The notes below the pieces were generated by a model. That model made no database searches. It was given only the letters and a program-made list of their open reading frames with translations, and was not told the DNA's origin. A program made the position numbers and the translations under genes. A DNA stretch of 59,277 nt from Mollicutes bacterium (lineage in GTDB: Bacteria > Bacillota_I > Bacilli_A > RF39 > UBA660), in NCBI GenBank assembly GCA_012521575.1, contig JAAYMD010000022.1, positions 1 to 59,277 of the forward strand, read 5' to 3'. Positions 30,476-39,742 of the stretch are shown one piece after another (positions within the stretch are counted from its first letter, which is position 1; each line of letters starts with the position of its first letter).

Positions 30476-30606
30476 TCTTCCTCCTTTCGCCTACAATCTA
30501 GTGTAGACTAACTCCGCACGAATTACTTGATAACGCCTTATTCTTTTGTTTTTATAACAACTCACCCTGGCGTATCAACAACCTCGCACATCATCGCTCA
30601 CACACA
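30476..30606 (-). promoter_or_regulatory. Candidate structured 5' leader RNA of the S10 operon
   Basis: About 130 nt between a consensus promoter and the rpsJ RBS. About 41% G+C by hand count over 110 nt, against clearly lower G+C in the flanking spacer. Contains TTGATACGCC...GGCGTTATCAA and GTCTACA...TGTAGGC helices. Confidence 0.45.
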
Positions 30607-30612
30607 TACAAA

Positions 30613-30641
30613 ATTATACACATTTATTATATTCATTGCAA
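30613..30641 (-). promoter_or_regulatory. Sigma-A promoter of the S10 operon
   Basis: The minus strand reads TTGCAA, 17 nt, TATAAT. Confidence 0.65.
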
Positions 30642-30838
30642 GCTTTTTTTGTTAATTTTATAAAATTTTTTGTATATTTCTTTTTTTTGATACCATCTTT
30701 TTCAGGTTAATTGTAATTACTCTTTACTGTGTTTTTCTATTTTAGTATATATTATTTATAATAATCGGTAATATTGTTTATTTACTTATTGTAAGTATTT
30801 AACATTTTTATCACTATATACTAAATTAATAATTTACT

Positions 30839-30866
30839 AAAAAAAATAGATCGAAAAATTGACCTA
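30839..30866 (-). terminator. Rho-independent terminator after rpsR
   Basis: On the minus strand, TAGGTC-aatttttc-GATCTA (one G-U pair) followed by T8. Confidence 0.55.
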
Positions 30867-30867
30867 T

Positions 30868-31086
30868 TTATTTTACAAAAGGCAATAGAGCCATAATACG
30901 TGCTTTTTTAATTTCTTTAGAAATATATCTTTGATGTTTAGCACATGTTCCAGTTACTCTTCTTGGTAAAATTTTACCTTTATCGGCACTTATGAATTTT
31001 TTTAATTCTTCAACATCTTTATAATCTATTTTTCCATTTGTACAAAGTTGACACACTTTTTTCTTTTTTCTTCCGTATTCTGCCAT
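30868..31086 (-). CDS. rpsR: 30S ribosomal protein S18
   Basis: [29 protein letters not shown] motif. Confidence 0.95.
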   Translation of the reverse strand: MAEYGRKKKKVCQLCTNGKIDYKDVEELKKFISADKGKILPRRVTGTCAKHQRYISKEIKKARIMALLPFVK

Positions 31087-31099
31087 ACAACCCTCCTTA

Positions 31100-31612
31100 T
31101 TAATCTATATCTTCATCATCATCACTATCAGCTAAGGTAACAATATCGCCCATATTACTATAAGCGTCATTCATATTGTCAAGATTGTAACCATAACTAC
31201 TTTCATCCATATAATCATATGGACTTGATCCGAAATTATTCGTAGCATCGATATTATTATTACCATTATTACTTGCCATTCTTGCTTGTGCTTGTGCTCG
31301 AGATTCTAAAAATTGAACATTATCCGCAACAACATCAAATGTATATCTGCGATTGCCGTCTTTATCATCATAAGTGCCTGTTTGAATTCGACCATCTACA
31401 GATATTAGACTACCCTTATCTAAATAATTACAAATATTTTCAGCTTGTCTTCGCCACGCGACTACTCCAATAAAATCTGTTTCCCTTTGTCCTTGAGAAT
31501 TACTAAAAGTTCTATTTACGGCAATAGTAAATCTCGTATAGGGTATTTGGCTATTCGTATAGCGAAGTTCTGGTTTTGCGGTTATTCTACCAACTAGAGT
31601 CACTCGATTCAT
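31100..31612 (-). CDS. ssb: Single-stranded DNA-binding protein
   Basis: OB-fold N-terminus [19 protein letters not shown], an Asn/Tyr-rich linker and an acidic tail. Sits between rpsF and rpsR. Confidence 0.9.
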   Translation of the reverse strand: MNRVTLVGRITAKPELRYTNSQIPYTRFTIAVNRTFSNSQGQRETDFIGVVAWRRQAENICNYLDKGSLISVDGRIQTGTYDDKDGNRRYTFDVVADNVQFLESRAQAQARMASNNGNNNIDATNNFGSSPYDYMDESSYGYNLDNMNDAYSNMGDIVTLADSDDDEDID

Positions 31613-31629
31613 ACTTTACCTCTTTTCAT

Positions 31630-31920
31630 TTATTTATCTTTTTTTAAAATTAGATGTCTAATTATATCGTTATTGATTAGTGCCAAACGATCAAATTCTT
31701 TGATTGCTTTATCATCGTTAGATTGAACATTGTAAACAAAGTAATAACCACTGTTATTTTTCTTAATTTCGTATGCTAATGTTCTTTTTCCCATTTCCTG
31801 AAAATCAGTTATTTCTGCTCCATTAGAAGTTAAAATTTCTTCGAAGTTTTTCACAACTTCCTTGATTTCATCTTCTCCTAGAGTTGGTCTAACGATTATC
31901 ATTATTTCATAATTTTTCAT
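31630..31920 (-). CDS. rpsF: 30S ribosomal protein S6
   Basis: MKNYEIMIIVRP N-terminus. AAGGAGGTG RBS. Confidence 0.95.
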   Translation of the reverse strand: MKNYEIMIIVRPTLGEDEIKEVVKNFEEILTSNGAEITDFQEMGKRTLAYEIKKNNSGYYFVYNVQSNDDKAIKEFDRLALINNDIIRHLILKKDK

Positions 31921-31987
31921 CATTCCACCTCCTTATGGTCTATTTGGCTTTAAACAAAGCAAGGAGTAAATAATTACTCGCGCTTAA

Positions 31988-32016
31988 ATTATAACAAACT
32001 TATTTCTACTTGTAAA
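31988..32016 (-). promoter_or_regulatory. Sigma-A promoter of rpsF-ssb-rpsR
   Basis: The minus strand reads TTTACA, 17 nt, TATAAT. The roughly 60-nt leader contains GAGTAA-ttat-TTACTC and GCTTT-gttt-AAAGC hairpins, so an S6:S18-type leader is possible. Confidence 0.55.
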
Positions 32017-32046
32017 CTATTATCTTTTATTTTTCTCTTCATTATA

Positions 32047-33144
32047 TTAAATATTAAAACGAAAATGACAAATATCTCCGTCTTGCATAATATAATCTTT
32101 TCCTTCTAGTCTTACTTTGCCTGCTTCTTTTACAGCTTTTTCACTACCTAATTCCTTTAAGTCATTATAGCTTATGACTTCAGCCCTAATAAAACCTTTT
32201 TCAAAATCACTATGAATGATTCCTGCGCACTCTGAAGCTTTCATTCCTTTCTTAAAAGTCCATGCTCTTACTTCTTGCTTTCCAATAGTAAAATAGGTAG
32301 CTAGCCCTAATAAATCATACGTTGCTTTAATTAGTTTATTCAATCCACTTTCTTCAAGTCCAAGTTCTTTTAAAAACTCTTCTTTTTCCTCTTCCGGAAG
32401 TTCATTTAATTCTGCTTCAATTGTGGCACATAAAGTTATAACTTTAGCACCTTCTTTATTGGCATATTCACGAATCAACGAAACATACTTATTTTCCTCA
32501 AACATATCTTTTTCACTAACATTTGCTATATAAATAATTGGTTTTGCCGTTAAAAGATTAAAATTTTTAATTAAAGTTTGCTCTTCTTCGTTTAAATTTA
32601 AATTACGAACAGGTACATCTTTTTCTAAACCTTCTTTAATTTTATTTAATATTTCAAATTCTTTTAATAATTCCTTATCCTTTGACATTGTTGCTTTTTT
32701 ACTGATTCGATTTAATCTATTTGTTATAACTTCTAAATCAGCTAACATCAATTCGATATTAATAATTTCTATATCTCTTATTGGATCTACATGTCCTTCA
32801 ACATGAATAACATTAGGATCTTCAAAGCAGCGCACCACTTCACAAATAGCATCAACTTCACGAATATTTGCTAAAAACTGGTTACCTAAACCTTCACCAA
32901 GAGAAGCACCTTTTACTAACCCAGCAATATCGATAAATTCAAAAGTAGTAGGTATCGTTTTTTCAGGATTAGAAATTTCAGTTAAAAATTTTAGTCTTTC
33001 ATCAGGAACAGTTACAATTCCTTGATTTGGCTCTATAGTTGCAAAAGGATAATTAGCTGCTAAAATATTTTGTTTTGTAATAGCATTAAATAAAGTTGAT
33101 TTACCAACGTTTGGAAAACCTATAATACCAGCTTTTAGACTCAT
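32047..33144 (-). CDS. ychF: Redox-regulated ribosome-binding ATPase YchF
   Basis: GIIGFPNVGKSTLFNA P-loop and C-terminal TGS-like KDYIMQDGDICHFRFN. Confidence 0.95.
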   Translation of the reverse strand: MSLKAGIIGFPNVGKSTLFNAITKQNILAANYPFATIEPNQGIVTVPDERLKFLTEISNPEKTIPTTFEFIDIAGLVKGASLGEGLGNQFLANIREVDAICEVVRCFEDPNVIHVEGHVDPIRDIEIINIELMLADLEVITNRLNRISKKATMSKDKELLKEFEILNKIKEGLEKDVPVRNLNLNEEEQTLIKNFNLLTAKPIIYIANVSEKDMFEENKYVSLIREYANKEGAKVITLCATIEAELNELPEEEKEEFLKELGLEESGLNKLIKATYDLLGLATYFTIGKQEVRAWTFKKGMKASECAGIIHSDFEKGFIRAEVISYNDLKELGSEKAVKEAGKVRLEGKDYIMQDGDICHFRFNI

Positions 33145-33234
33145 TATCTCACCTCGTAATTTTGTGTATATGGTATTATATCATGTTTGTTATTAATAAA
33201 CAATAAATTTAGAAACAGGAAGGCATTTTGGTTT

Positions 33235-34764
33235 CTAAAGTGCTGGATAACTATATGGTCCCAATGGTAAACCAATAATAAACCATCCTACCACAACAAG
33301 AATTAAGATTCCAGCAATTGCTAAAATACTTGGTATTAGTATCCGATACATTCCAAAAATTGTTATTTTTTCTTCTTCAACATAATTCTGTACATATCCA
33401 AGCATAATGATAAAATATAAGAATAACGGTGTTATTGCTTTTCCAACGCCATCGGCCATTTGAAAGATAAATTGTGTAAACTCAGGCGTAAGATTTGATC
33501 TCATAAATAATGGTACAATCAATGGAGAAATTAATAGCCATTTTGCTACTGCGGAAGGAATAAAAATTCCAATTATGACGGTTATAATAAAAAATGTTAA
33601 AATTAATAATACTCCCGAAAATTCTAAACTAGCCATAAAATTTATTAAATTAGCTGCTATTACTTCTCCTAGATTTGTCCAATTGATGATGGCTATTAAT
33701 TGTGAAATAAAAAATAACATTGCTAAAGTATAACCAAGCCCTTGTAAATTTGGCGCAAGATGATTACTAAAATTTTTATCTCTATTTATATTGTTTGAAA
33801 TTTTTCCATAAATTAAACTAGTAATCATCATAATAAGTAAAATTATATAGGATAAACCTTCCTTAAAAGAAGCGTTATCAGAAAATAAACTTACTATATA
33901 ATTTGGCGCATCATTATCTAATAATATACCAGAGTAAGGAAGTCCTGGAATTATTAAATATACAGTTAAAGCAATTAATAAAATAAATATTATCAAACTT
34001 ACAATAAAACCTCTATGATTATTTTTTTCTTGTTCAACCTCTACTACTTCAATATCCTCTTTTTTTATTTTTGGTAATTTGGGCGCTATTCTTTTTTCGA
34101 TTAAATATGTAATTATAATACTTAAAATTATAGTTGTGCTTATCATTATATATAAATTAGAAGCTAAGTGGAATTTATAATTTTTATCAATATCAATAAC
34201 CGCTGCTTGCTCAGTCATTGTTCCTAATAAGTAGCTATTATAATCAAATATAAATCCTGATCCATAACCTAATGTCAGACCCAAAAAAACAGTTACTATT
34301 CCAGTTACAGGATTTTTATCTATTTCTTTATAAATTAGCGCCACTAATGGCATTAATAATAGAAAACTATAATCACCTATAAAAGAAAATAAATAACTTA
34401 TTATTAAAACAATAAAAGTTAGTGCAAAATTTTTTAGTTTTGCAAAAGGTTTTGATATAGGCTTAATTATACCACTATAATTCATAAAACTTATACCAAT
34501 TAATGAAACAATTAAAAATCCAATTGGTTCTAGTATTTGATAATTAGTAATTGCATTTCCAAAGATAAAACGAATTCCATCTATTGAAATAATATTTTTT
34601 ATAGTTATTAATGATGTTTCTAGTTTATTGTTAACAATAGTAGTTTTTTGAGCTTCAAAACCTATTAAATTTAAAATAAAACTAATTATTATTATAAAAA
34701 CAGTTATAATTAAAATTGTTATAATAGGATTAAATTGTTTTTTTCTTTTTTTATTTTTCGTCAT
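33235..34764 (-). CDS. AbgT family transporter-like membrane protein
   Basis: 509-aa polytopic protein. The N-terminal region (IISIDGIRFIFGNAITNYQILEPIGFLIVSLIGISFMNYSG) resembles the conserved AbgT block. The assignment rests on memory only. Confidence 0.5.
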   Translation of the reverse strand: MTKNKKRKKQFNPIITILIITVFIIIISFILNLIGFEAQKTTIVNNKLETSLITIKNIISIDGIRFIFGNAITNYQILEPIGFLIVSLIGISFMNYSGIIKPISKPFAKLKNFALTFIVLIISYLFSFIGDYSFLLLMPLVALIYKEIDKNPVTGIVTVFLGLTLGYGSGFIFDYNSYLLGTMTEQAAVIDIDKNYKFHLASNLYIMISTTIILSIIITYLIEKRIAPKLPKIKKEDIEVVEVEQEKNNHRGFIVSLIIFILLIALTVYLIIPGLPYSGILLDNDAPNYIVSLFSDNASFKEGLSYIILLIMMITSLIYGKISNNINRDKNFSNHLAPNLQGLGYTLAMLFFISQLIAIINWTNLGEVIAANLINFMASLEFSGVLLILTFFIITVIIGIFIPSAVAKWLLISPLIVPLFMRSNLTPEFTQFIFQMADGVGKAITPLFLYFIIMLGYVQNYVEEEKITIFGMYRILIPSILAIAGILILVVVGWFIIGLPLGPYSYPAL

Positions 34765-34772
34765 ACATCCTC

Positions 34773-34958
34773 CTAGTATGTCAAAATTTTTTTCACTTTT
34801 TTATTAAACTCAACACGTGGCATCATTACACTTCGACCACAATTTGAACATTTAATTTTAATGTCTGCTCCTGTTCTAGTAATTACCCACTCATTTGTAC
34901 CACATGGATGTGGTTTTTTCATTGTTACAATACTACCTAGTCTATATTCTTTTTGCAT
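34773..34958 (-). CDS. DUF951 family protein (B. subtilis YyzM-like)
   Basis: 61 aa with the KKPHPCG.NEW...R.GADI...C..C motif. The conserved neighbourhood near ychF matches. Confidence 0.75.
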   Translation of the reverse strand: MQKEYRLGSIVTMKKPHPCGTNEWVITRTGADIKIKCSNCGRSVMMPRVEFNKKVKKILTY

Positions 34959-34960
34959 TT

Positions 34961-35734
34961 CTATCCCTCTTTTTTAGTTGATAATTCATCTTTGTGTTTA
35001 TCTAACGCTTTCCTAACTTCACTATAAATTGCATCTTGTACTTTTAATTTTGTTAAAAAATCAATTTCTGCTCGAATACGGTATCTAGTATATAAATTTG
35101 TAACTGAAGTGATTCCTACTACATTAATATCTCCTCTAATTTCTTCCATTTCTTGGGCAAGATTTTGACAAACGTCATTTAATAATTTTTTTGTTTTTTC
35201 TACATCATACGAAGTAGGAATTGGAATTTCTAAATTTAAAATTGGTGGCTCAATACTATGATTAATTGTTTGTTCAACATATCTATTAGGAATTGTTTTT
35301 ATCTCTCCATTATAAGAAAGAATTTTTGTTGATTTAAGTCCTAGACTAACAACTTTTCCGCTAAAACCATCAATAGTTACGTGATCACCTACTGCATATT
35401 GGTTTTCTAAAATAATGAAAATACCAGATATTGTATCTTTTAAAATATCTTGAAACGCTAAACCAACAACAACTCCAACAACTCCTAATGAAGCAATAAT
35501 AGCTTTAGTATCTACACCAAAAGCATCCAAAATAATTATACCGCATAATACTATCATAAAATATTTTAAAATGTTTGTAAAAATACTTATAAACGTACTT
35601 CTTTTTCGATCATCTATTTTCCTTAAATTTAAAACACGTTTGATTACTCTTTTTAATATAAAGTATAAAATTATAATTACTATAATGGTAATACCGGTAA
35701 CAATTACATCTTTATTTAAAATTTTTTCAATCAT
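34961..35734 (-). CDS. Mechanosensitive ion channel (MscS family)
   Basis: TM3/beta-domain signature GVVGVVVGLAFQDILKDTISGIFIILENQYAVGDHV. Confidence 0.8.
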   Translation of the reverse strand: MIEKILNKDVIVTGITIIVIIILYFILKRVIKRVLNLRKIDDRKRSTFISIFTNILKYFMIVLCGIIILDAFGVDTKAIIASLGVVGVVVGLAFQDILKDTISGIFIILENQYAVGDHVTIDGFSGKVVSLGLKSTKILSYNGEIKTIPNRYVEQTINHSIEPPILNLEIPIPTSYDVEKTKKLLNDVCQNLAQEMEEIRGDINVVGITSVTNLYTRYRIRAEIDFLTKLKVQDAIYSEVRKALDKHKDELSTKKEG

Positions 35735-35740
35735 ATACCA

Positions 35741-36628
35741 CTACTCCTTTATATTGAAAATTTCTAAAATTCTATTTAAATCTGCAACATTATTAAATTT
35801 TATGATAATTTTATTGTCTTTTATTTTTACTTTTGTGTCAAGCTTTTCACACAATAATTCTTCAACATATTTGTAATCTTCGTTTTTCTCAGATATATTT
35901 GTTTTACGTTTAATTTTTACTCTTTTTTCAAATTCTTTAGAATCTGTTTTTTCTTCTAATTCGCGAACTGGTATATTTTCCTCAACTATTTTTTGCGCTG
36001 TTTCAATGATTTGTTTTTCATCTTCTAATTTACTTAAAACTCGAGCATGTCCCATCGATATTTCTTTTTTTGTAATCATATCTTGAACTTCTTTAGGTAG
36101 TCTCAAAAGTCCTAGCATATTAGTAATATGACTTCTACTTTTTCCTACTTTTTTTGCTAATTGTTCATGAGTTAAATTTAATTTATCTATCATTGATTGG
36201 TATGCTATAGCTTCTTCAATGGCATTTAAATTTTCTCTTTGTAAATTTTCAAGAAGGGCGATTTCCATCATTTGTTCGTCAGTAAAATCTCGAATAATTG
36301 CAGGAATTGTTTCTAACCCCAATTTTTTGCTAGCACGAAATCTTCTTTCACCAGCAATAATTTCATATCCTTTAATACTCTTTTTAACGATGATTGGTTG
36401 AATTACTCCGTGCTCTTTAATTGAAGATGCAAGCTCATCAATAGAACCTTCGTCAAAAGTTTTTCTTGGTTGATACGGATTTGGACGAAGTTCACTTAAT
36501 TTTAAATTTACTATTTCCTCACTATTACTTGTTTCATATATTCTTTTTTCTATGCTGGCCAAATCTAAATTTTCGCTATTGAAAAGTTGTTCTAAACCCA
36601 TTCCTAATGCTCTTTTTTTATTTTCCAT
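35741..36628 (-). CDS. parB: Chromosome partitioning protein ParB/Spo0J (parS-specific type)
   Basis: PNPYQPR and IIAGERRFRA boxes. The HTH KSRSHITNMLGLL...SMGHARVL carries the Spo0J-type Arg/Gly-His signature. Downstream of soj. Confidence 0.9.
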   Translation of the reverse strand: MENKKRALGMGLEQLFNSENLDLASIEKRIYETSNSEEIVNLKLSELRPNPYQPRKTFDEGSIDELASSIKEHGVIQPIIVKKSIKGYEIIAGERRFRASKKLGLETIPAIIRDFTDEQMMEIALLENLQRENLNAIEEAIAYQSMIDKLNLTHEQLAKKVGKSRSHITNMLGLLRLPKEVQDMITKKEISMGHARVLSKLEDEKQIIETAQKIVEENIPVRELEEKTDSKEFEKRVKIKRKTNISEKNEDYKYVEELLCEKLDTKVKIKDNKIIIKFNNVADLNRILEIFNIKE

Positions 36629-37403
36629 TTCGTTCGATCACTTCCTTAGCTAAATTTAAATATGCTTCTGTTCCTCTACTATGAGGATCATATGCTAAAA
36701 TTGGTTTTCCGTGACTTGGTGCTTCAGATAAACGAACTAATCTTGGAATTATTGTATCATATACACGTTCTTTAAAATAACTTTTAATTTCTTCAACAAC
36801 TTCGAGTCCAAGTTTTGTTCTACTATCCAACATTGTTAATAAAACACCTTCAATATCTAAATTAGGATTTAGATTTTTTTGAGCTAACATTATAGTATTT
36901 AGTAATTGCATTATACCTTCTAAGGCAAAGAATTCACATTGAACAGGTATAATTACCGAATCACTTGCTGTTAGAGCATTAGTTGTCAAAATTCCTAATG
37001 ATGGCGGACAATCTATAATAATGTAATCAAATTTTTCTTTTATCTGGTCCAAATGTTTCTTTAATTGTCCAACTTTTGAAAACCCTGGTTCCAATCGACT
37101 CCTATCCATCAATTCAATATCAATTCCTGCTAAATTAATGGTTGCTGGAATAGCATATAAATTTTTAAATTTAGTTTTTATTATTACTTCACCTATAGTT
37201 GCTTTATCTATTAATAAATCATAAATACTTTTATTTATATCTGCTTTAGTAAGACCAATTCCTGTTGTCGTATTTCCTTGTGGGTCTAAATCAACCAATA
37301 AAACTTTTTTTCTTAAAATTCCAAGTGATGCAGCTAGATTGATACTTGACGTTGTTTTTCCAACTCCGCCTTTTTGATTAACAAGTGAAATTATCTTTCC
37401 CAT
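36618..37403 (-). CDS. parA: Chromosome partitioning ATPase ParA/Soj
   Basis: Deviant Walker A NQKGGVGKTT and the DCPPSLG motif. Confidence 0.9.
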   Translation of the reverse strand: MGKIISLVNQKGGVGKTTSSINLAASLGILRKKVLLVDLDPQGNTTTGIGLTKADINKSIYDLLIDKATIGEVIIKTKFKNLYAIPATINLAGIDIELMDRSRLEPGFSKVGQLKKHLDQIKEKFDYIIIDCPPSLGILTTNALTASDSVIIPVQCEFFALEGIMQLLNTIMLAQKNLNPNLDIEGVLLTMLDSRTKLGLEVVEEIKSYFKERVYDTIIPRLVRLSEAPSHGKPILAYDPHSRGTEAYLNLAKEVIERNGK

Positions 37404-37481
37404 ATTATCACCATCTTCTATAAAATCATTCCATATTCATTTTAACATAAACTACTAAATAAATCTAGAAAATGAATCCAT

Positions 37482-37512
37482 AAAAAAAGATATTTTAAGT
37501 AATATCTTTTTT
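37482..37512 (-). terminator. Rho-independent terminator after trxB
   Basis: AAAGATATT (37486-37494) pairs with AATATCTTT (37501-37509). On the minus strand it is followed by a T-run. Overlaps the trxB stop. Confidence 0.6.
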
Positions 37513-38403
37513 TGCTGTGGTTGCAGCTATTGTCCCTTCACCAACTGCTGTTGTAATTTGATAAATTTCTTTTTTTATAATATCTCCACAGGCATATATA
37601 TTTTTTATGTTAGTTCGCATTTTATCATCAACAACAACATAATTTTTGTCTAAATTAATATCTAAATTAGACAAAAATGATACATCTGGTTCATGTCCAA
37701 TGTAAATAAACATCCCATCAATTTTAATTTCTTTTTCTTCTTTATTGTTTGTTTTTATTTTTATAGCTTTTAATTTGTCTGATTCAGTAATTAGTGTAGT
37801 TACTACACTATTATAATTTATTTTAATATTTTTAATTTTTTTTAATTTTTCTTGAGCATTTAAATCAGCCGTTAATTGATCACGTCTGTGAATTAGAATA
37901 ACTTCTTTACAAATACCAGATAAATAAATAGATTCTTCAACTGCACTGTTGCCACCACCTATAACAGCAACTGTTTTATCTTTATAAAAGAAACCGTCAC
38001 ATAGCGCGCAATAACTTATACCTCGACCAATTAATTTTTCCTCATTTTCAAGTCCTAATCTTCTTGGTTTTCTTCCACTTGCAATTATTACCGCTTTACA
38101 TTTTATTTCCTCAACATCAGTTTTTATAATTTTATAATCACCATAATCCTGTATATCTAACACATTTCCATATCGATAGTCAACACCTAAATCAATAACT
38201 TGATTGTACATATTTAATGATAGCGTTGAACCATCAACAGAACGATATCCAGGATAGTTTTCAATATTTGATATTTTTGTCATTTGCCCACCTGGAGCAT
38301 CTTTTTCAATTAGTGCAACACTCAAATTAGCACGTTTTAAATATATAGCAGCAGTCATTCCAGCTGCACCACTTCCTATAATCACACAATCAAAATTTAA
38401 CAT
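37495..38403 (-). CDS. trxB: Thioredoxin-disulfide reductase
   Basis: GSGAAGMTAA FAD motif, redox CALCDG and GGGNSAVEE NADPH motif. The ATG at 38403 follows an AAGGAG RBS. Confidence 0.9.
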   Translation of the reverse strand: MLNFDCVIIGSGAAGMTAAIYLKRANLSVALIEKDAPGGQMTKISNIENYPGYRSVDGSTLSLNMYNQVIDLGVDYRYGNVLDIQDYGDYKIIKTDVEEIKCKAVIIASGRKPRRLGLENEEKLIGRGISYCALCDGFFYKDKTVAVIGGGNSAVEESIYLSGICKEVILIHRRDQLTADLNAQEKLKKIKNIKINYNSVVTTLITESDKLKAIKIKTNNKEEKEIKIDGMFIYIGHEPDVSFLSNLDINLDKNYVVVDDKMRTNIKNIYACGDIIKKEIYQITTAVGEGTIAATTAKKDIT

Positions 38404-39208
38404 CTTCCATATTCTCCTTATCATTATAAAGATTTGATAACTTAGACCCCCTGTTTTTTATTATAAATAATATTATTCCAGATATAATCATTGAAATTGA
38501 TAAAAGTTGAGCGGCTTTGTAATCACCAAACATTAAACTATCTGTTCTTAAACTTTCGATAAAATATCGTCCTATTCCATACCAAATTAAATAAAATGAT
38601 GTTATTTGACCAATTTTGATATATTTATATCTTCTAATAAATAATATAGCAATAAATCCTATAAAACACCACAGTGATTCATATAAAAAGGTAGGATGAT
38701 AGTAAGTGCCATTTATATACATGCCATCAATTACAAATTGTGGTATAAATATACTTTTTAGAAAAGTCACTGTTGTTTCTGCACCATATGCTTCTTGATT
38801 AAAAAAGTTTCCCCATCGACCTATTGCTTGCCCTATTAACATTCCAACTACTATTATATCTAATAGTCTAAATATATTAACCTTATGTTTTTTACTATAA
38901 AAAATTATAAATAACAATCCCATAATAATAGCGCCATGAATAGCTAAACCGCCTTCCCAAATTTTAAAAATTTCTATCGGATTAGCCCTATAATAATCAA
39001 AATTAAAAAACACATAATACAATCTTGCACCTATTATTGATAATGGAATTAAATAAAAGAATAAGTTTATCATAAAATCTTCCGAGATTTTCCATTTTTT
39101 TGCTTCATGTAGAGCAAAAGTTCCTCCAATAAGCAATCCTGATAAAATCATGATTGAGTACCAATAAATTTTAATTATTCCTAAATCTAAAAAAATAGCC
39201 TGCATCAA
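38390..39208 (-). CDS. lgt: Prolipoprotein diacylglyceryl transferase
   Basis: GGLAIHGA and GRWGNFFNQEAYG signature motifs. Confidence 0.95.
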   Translation of the reverse strand: MMQAIFLDLGIIKIYWYSIMILSGLLIGGTFALHEAKKWKISEDFMINLFFYLIPLSIIGARLYYVFFNFDYYRANPIEIFKIWEGGLAIHGAIIMGLLFIIFYSKKHKVNIFRLLDIIVVGMLIGQAIGRWGNFFNQEAYGAETTVTFLKSIFIPQFVIDGMYINGTYYHPTFLYESLWCFIGFIAILFIRRYKYIKIGQITSFYLIWYGIGRYFIESLRTDSLMFGDYKAAQLLSISMIISGIILFIIKNRGSKLSNLYNDKENMEDVKF

Positions 39209-39627
39209 TCATTCCTCCTTAATATTGGTTCAATAACTAATGCACTCATTAGTAAATTCATTACCGATATACATATTGCTACAAAAAAACCCATAAATAT
39301 ACCATTTATATCAAAATGATTACCAAGAATAAAGTCAACCATTTTTAATATAAATACATTGATAAAAGGATAAAAAAGGCCTAGTGTCAAACCAGTTATT
39401 GGTAGTGTTAACCAAATCAAAACCGGTTTAATTGATTTATTTAAAAAATAAATAATTATAGATGCCATTAATCCCCAAAAACCAAAATAACTATTATCAA
39501 TATATATAGTTTTTTTGAAAATTAATGATACTGCAATTAACACTATTGCGTACCCAACCATATGAATTAACCAGTCTAAAAATTTGTTAAGTCTTTTAGT
39601 TTGATTTTTAATTATTACAATTTTCAT
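39205..39627 (-). CDS. YvlD-like membrane protein (phage holin 4_2 superfamily fold)
   Basis: Four-TM small protein. Adjacency to lgt resembles the B. subtilis yvlD region. Start at 39627 follows a GGGAGA RBS. Confidence 0.5.
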   Translation of the reverse strand: MKIVIIKNQTKRLNKFLDWLIHMVGYAIVLIAVSLIFKKTIYIDNSYFGFWGLMASIIIYFLNKSIKPVLIWLTLPITGLTLGLFYPFINVFILKMVDFILGNHFDINGIFMGFFVAICISVMNLLMSALVIEPILRRND

Positions 39628-39742
39628 ATTTTCATCTCCCAACAAGCTTAAATTTTAGCTTCTTGACTTCTTATATTATATAATATTAATTTCTTTATTA
39701 CAATAATTTGCAACTATAAACTTATTTTGTGTAAGAAAAACA

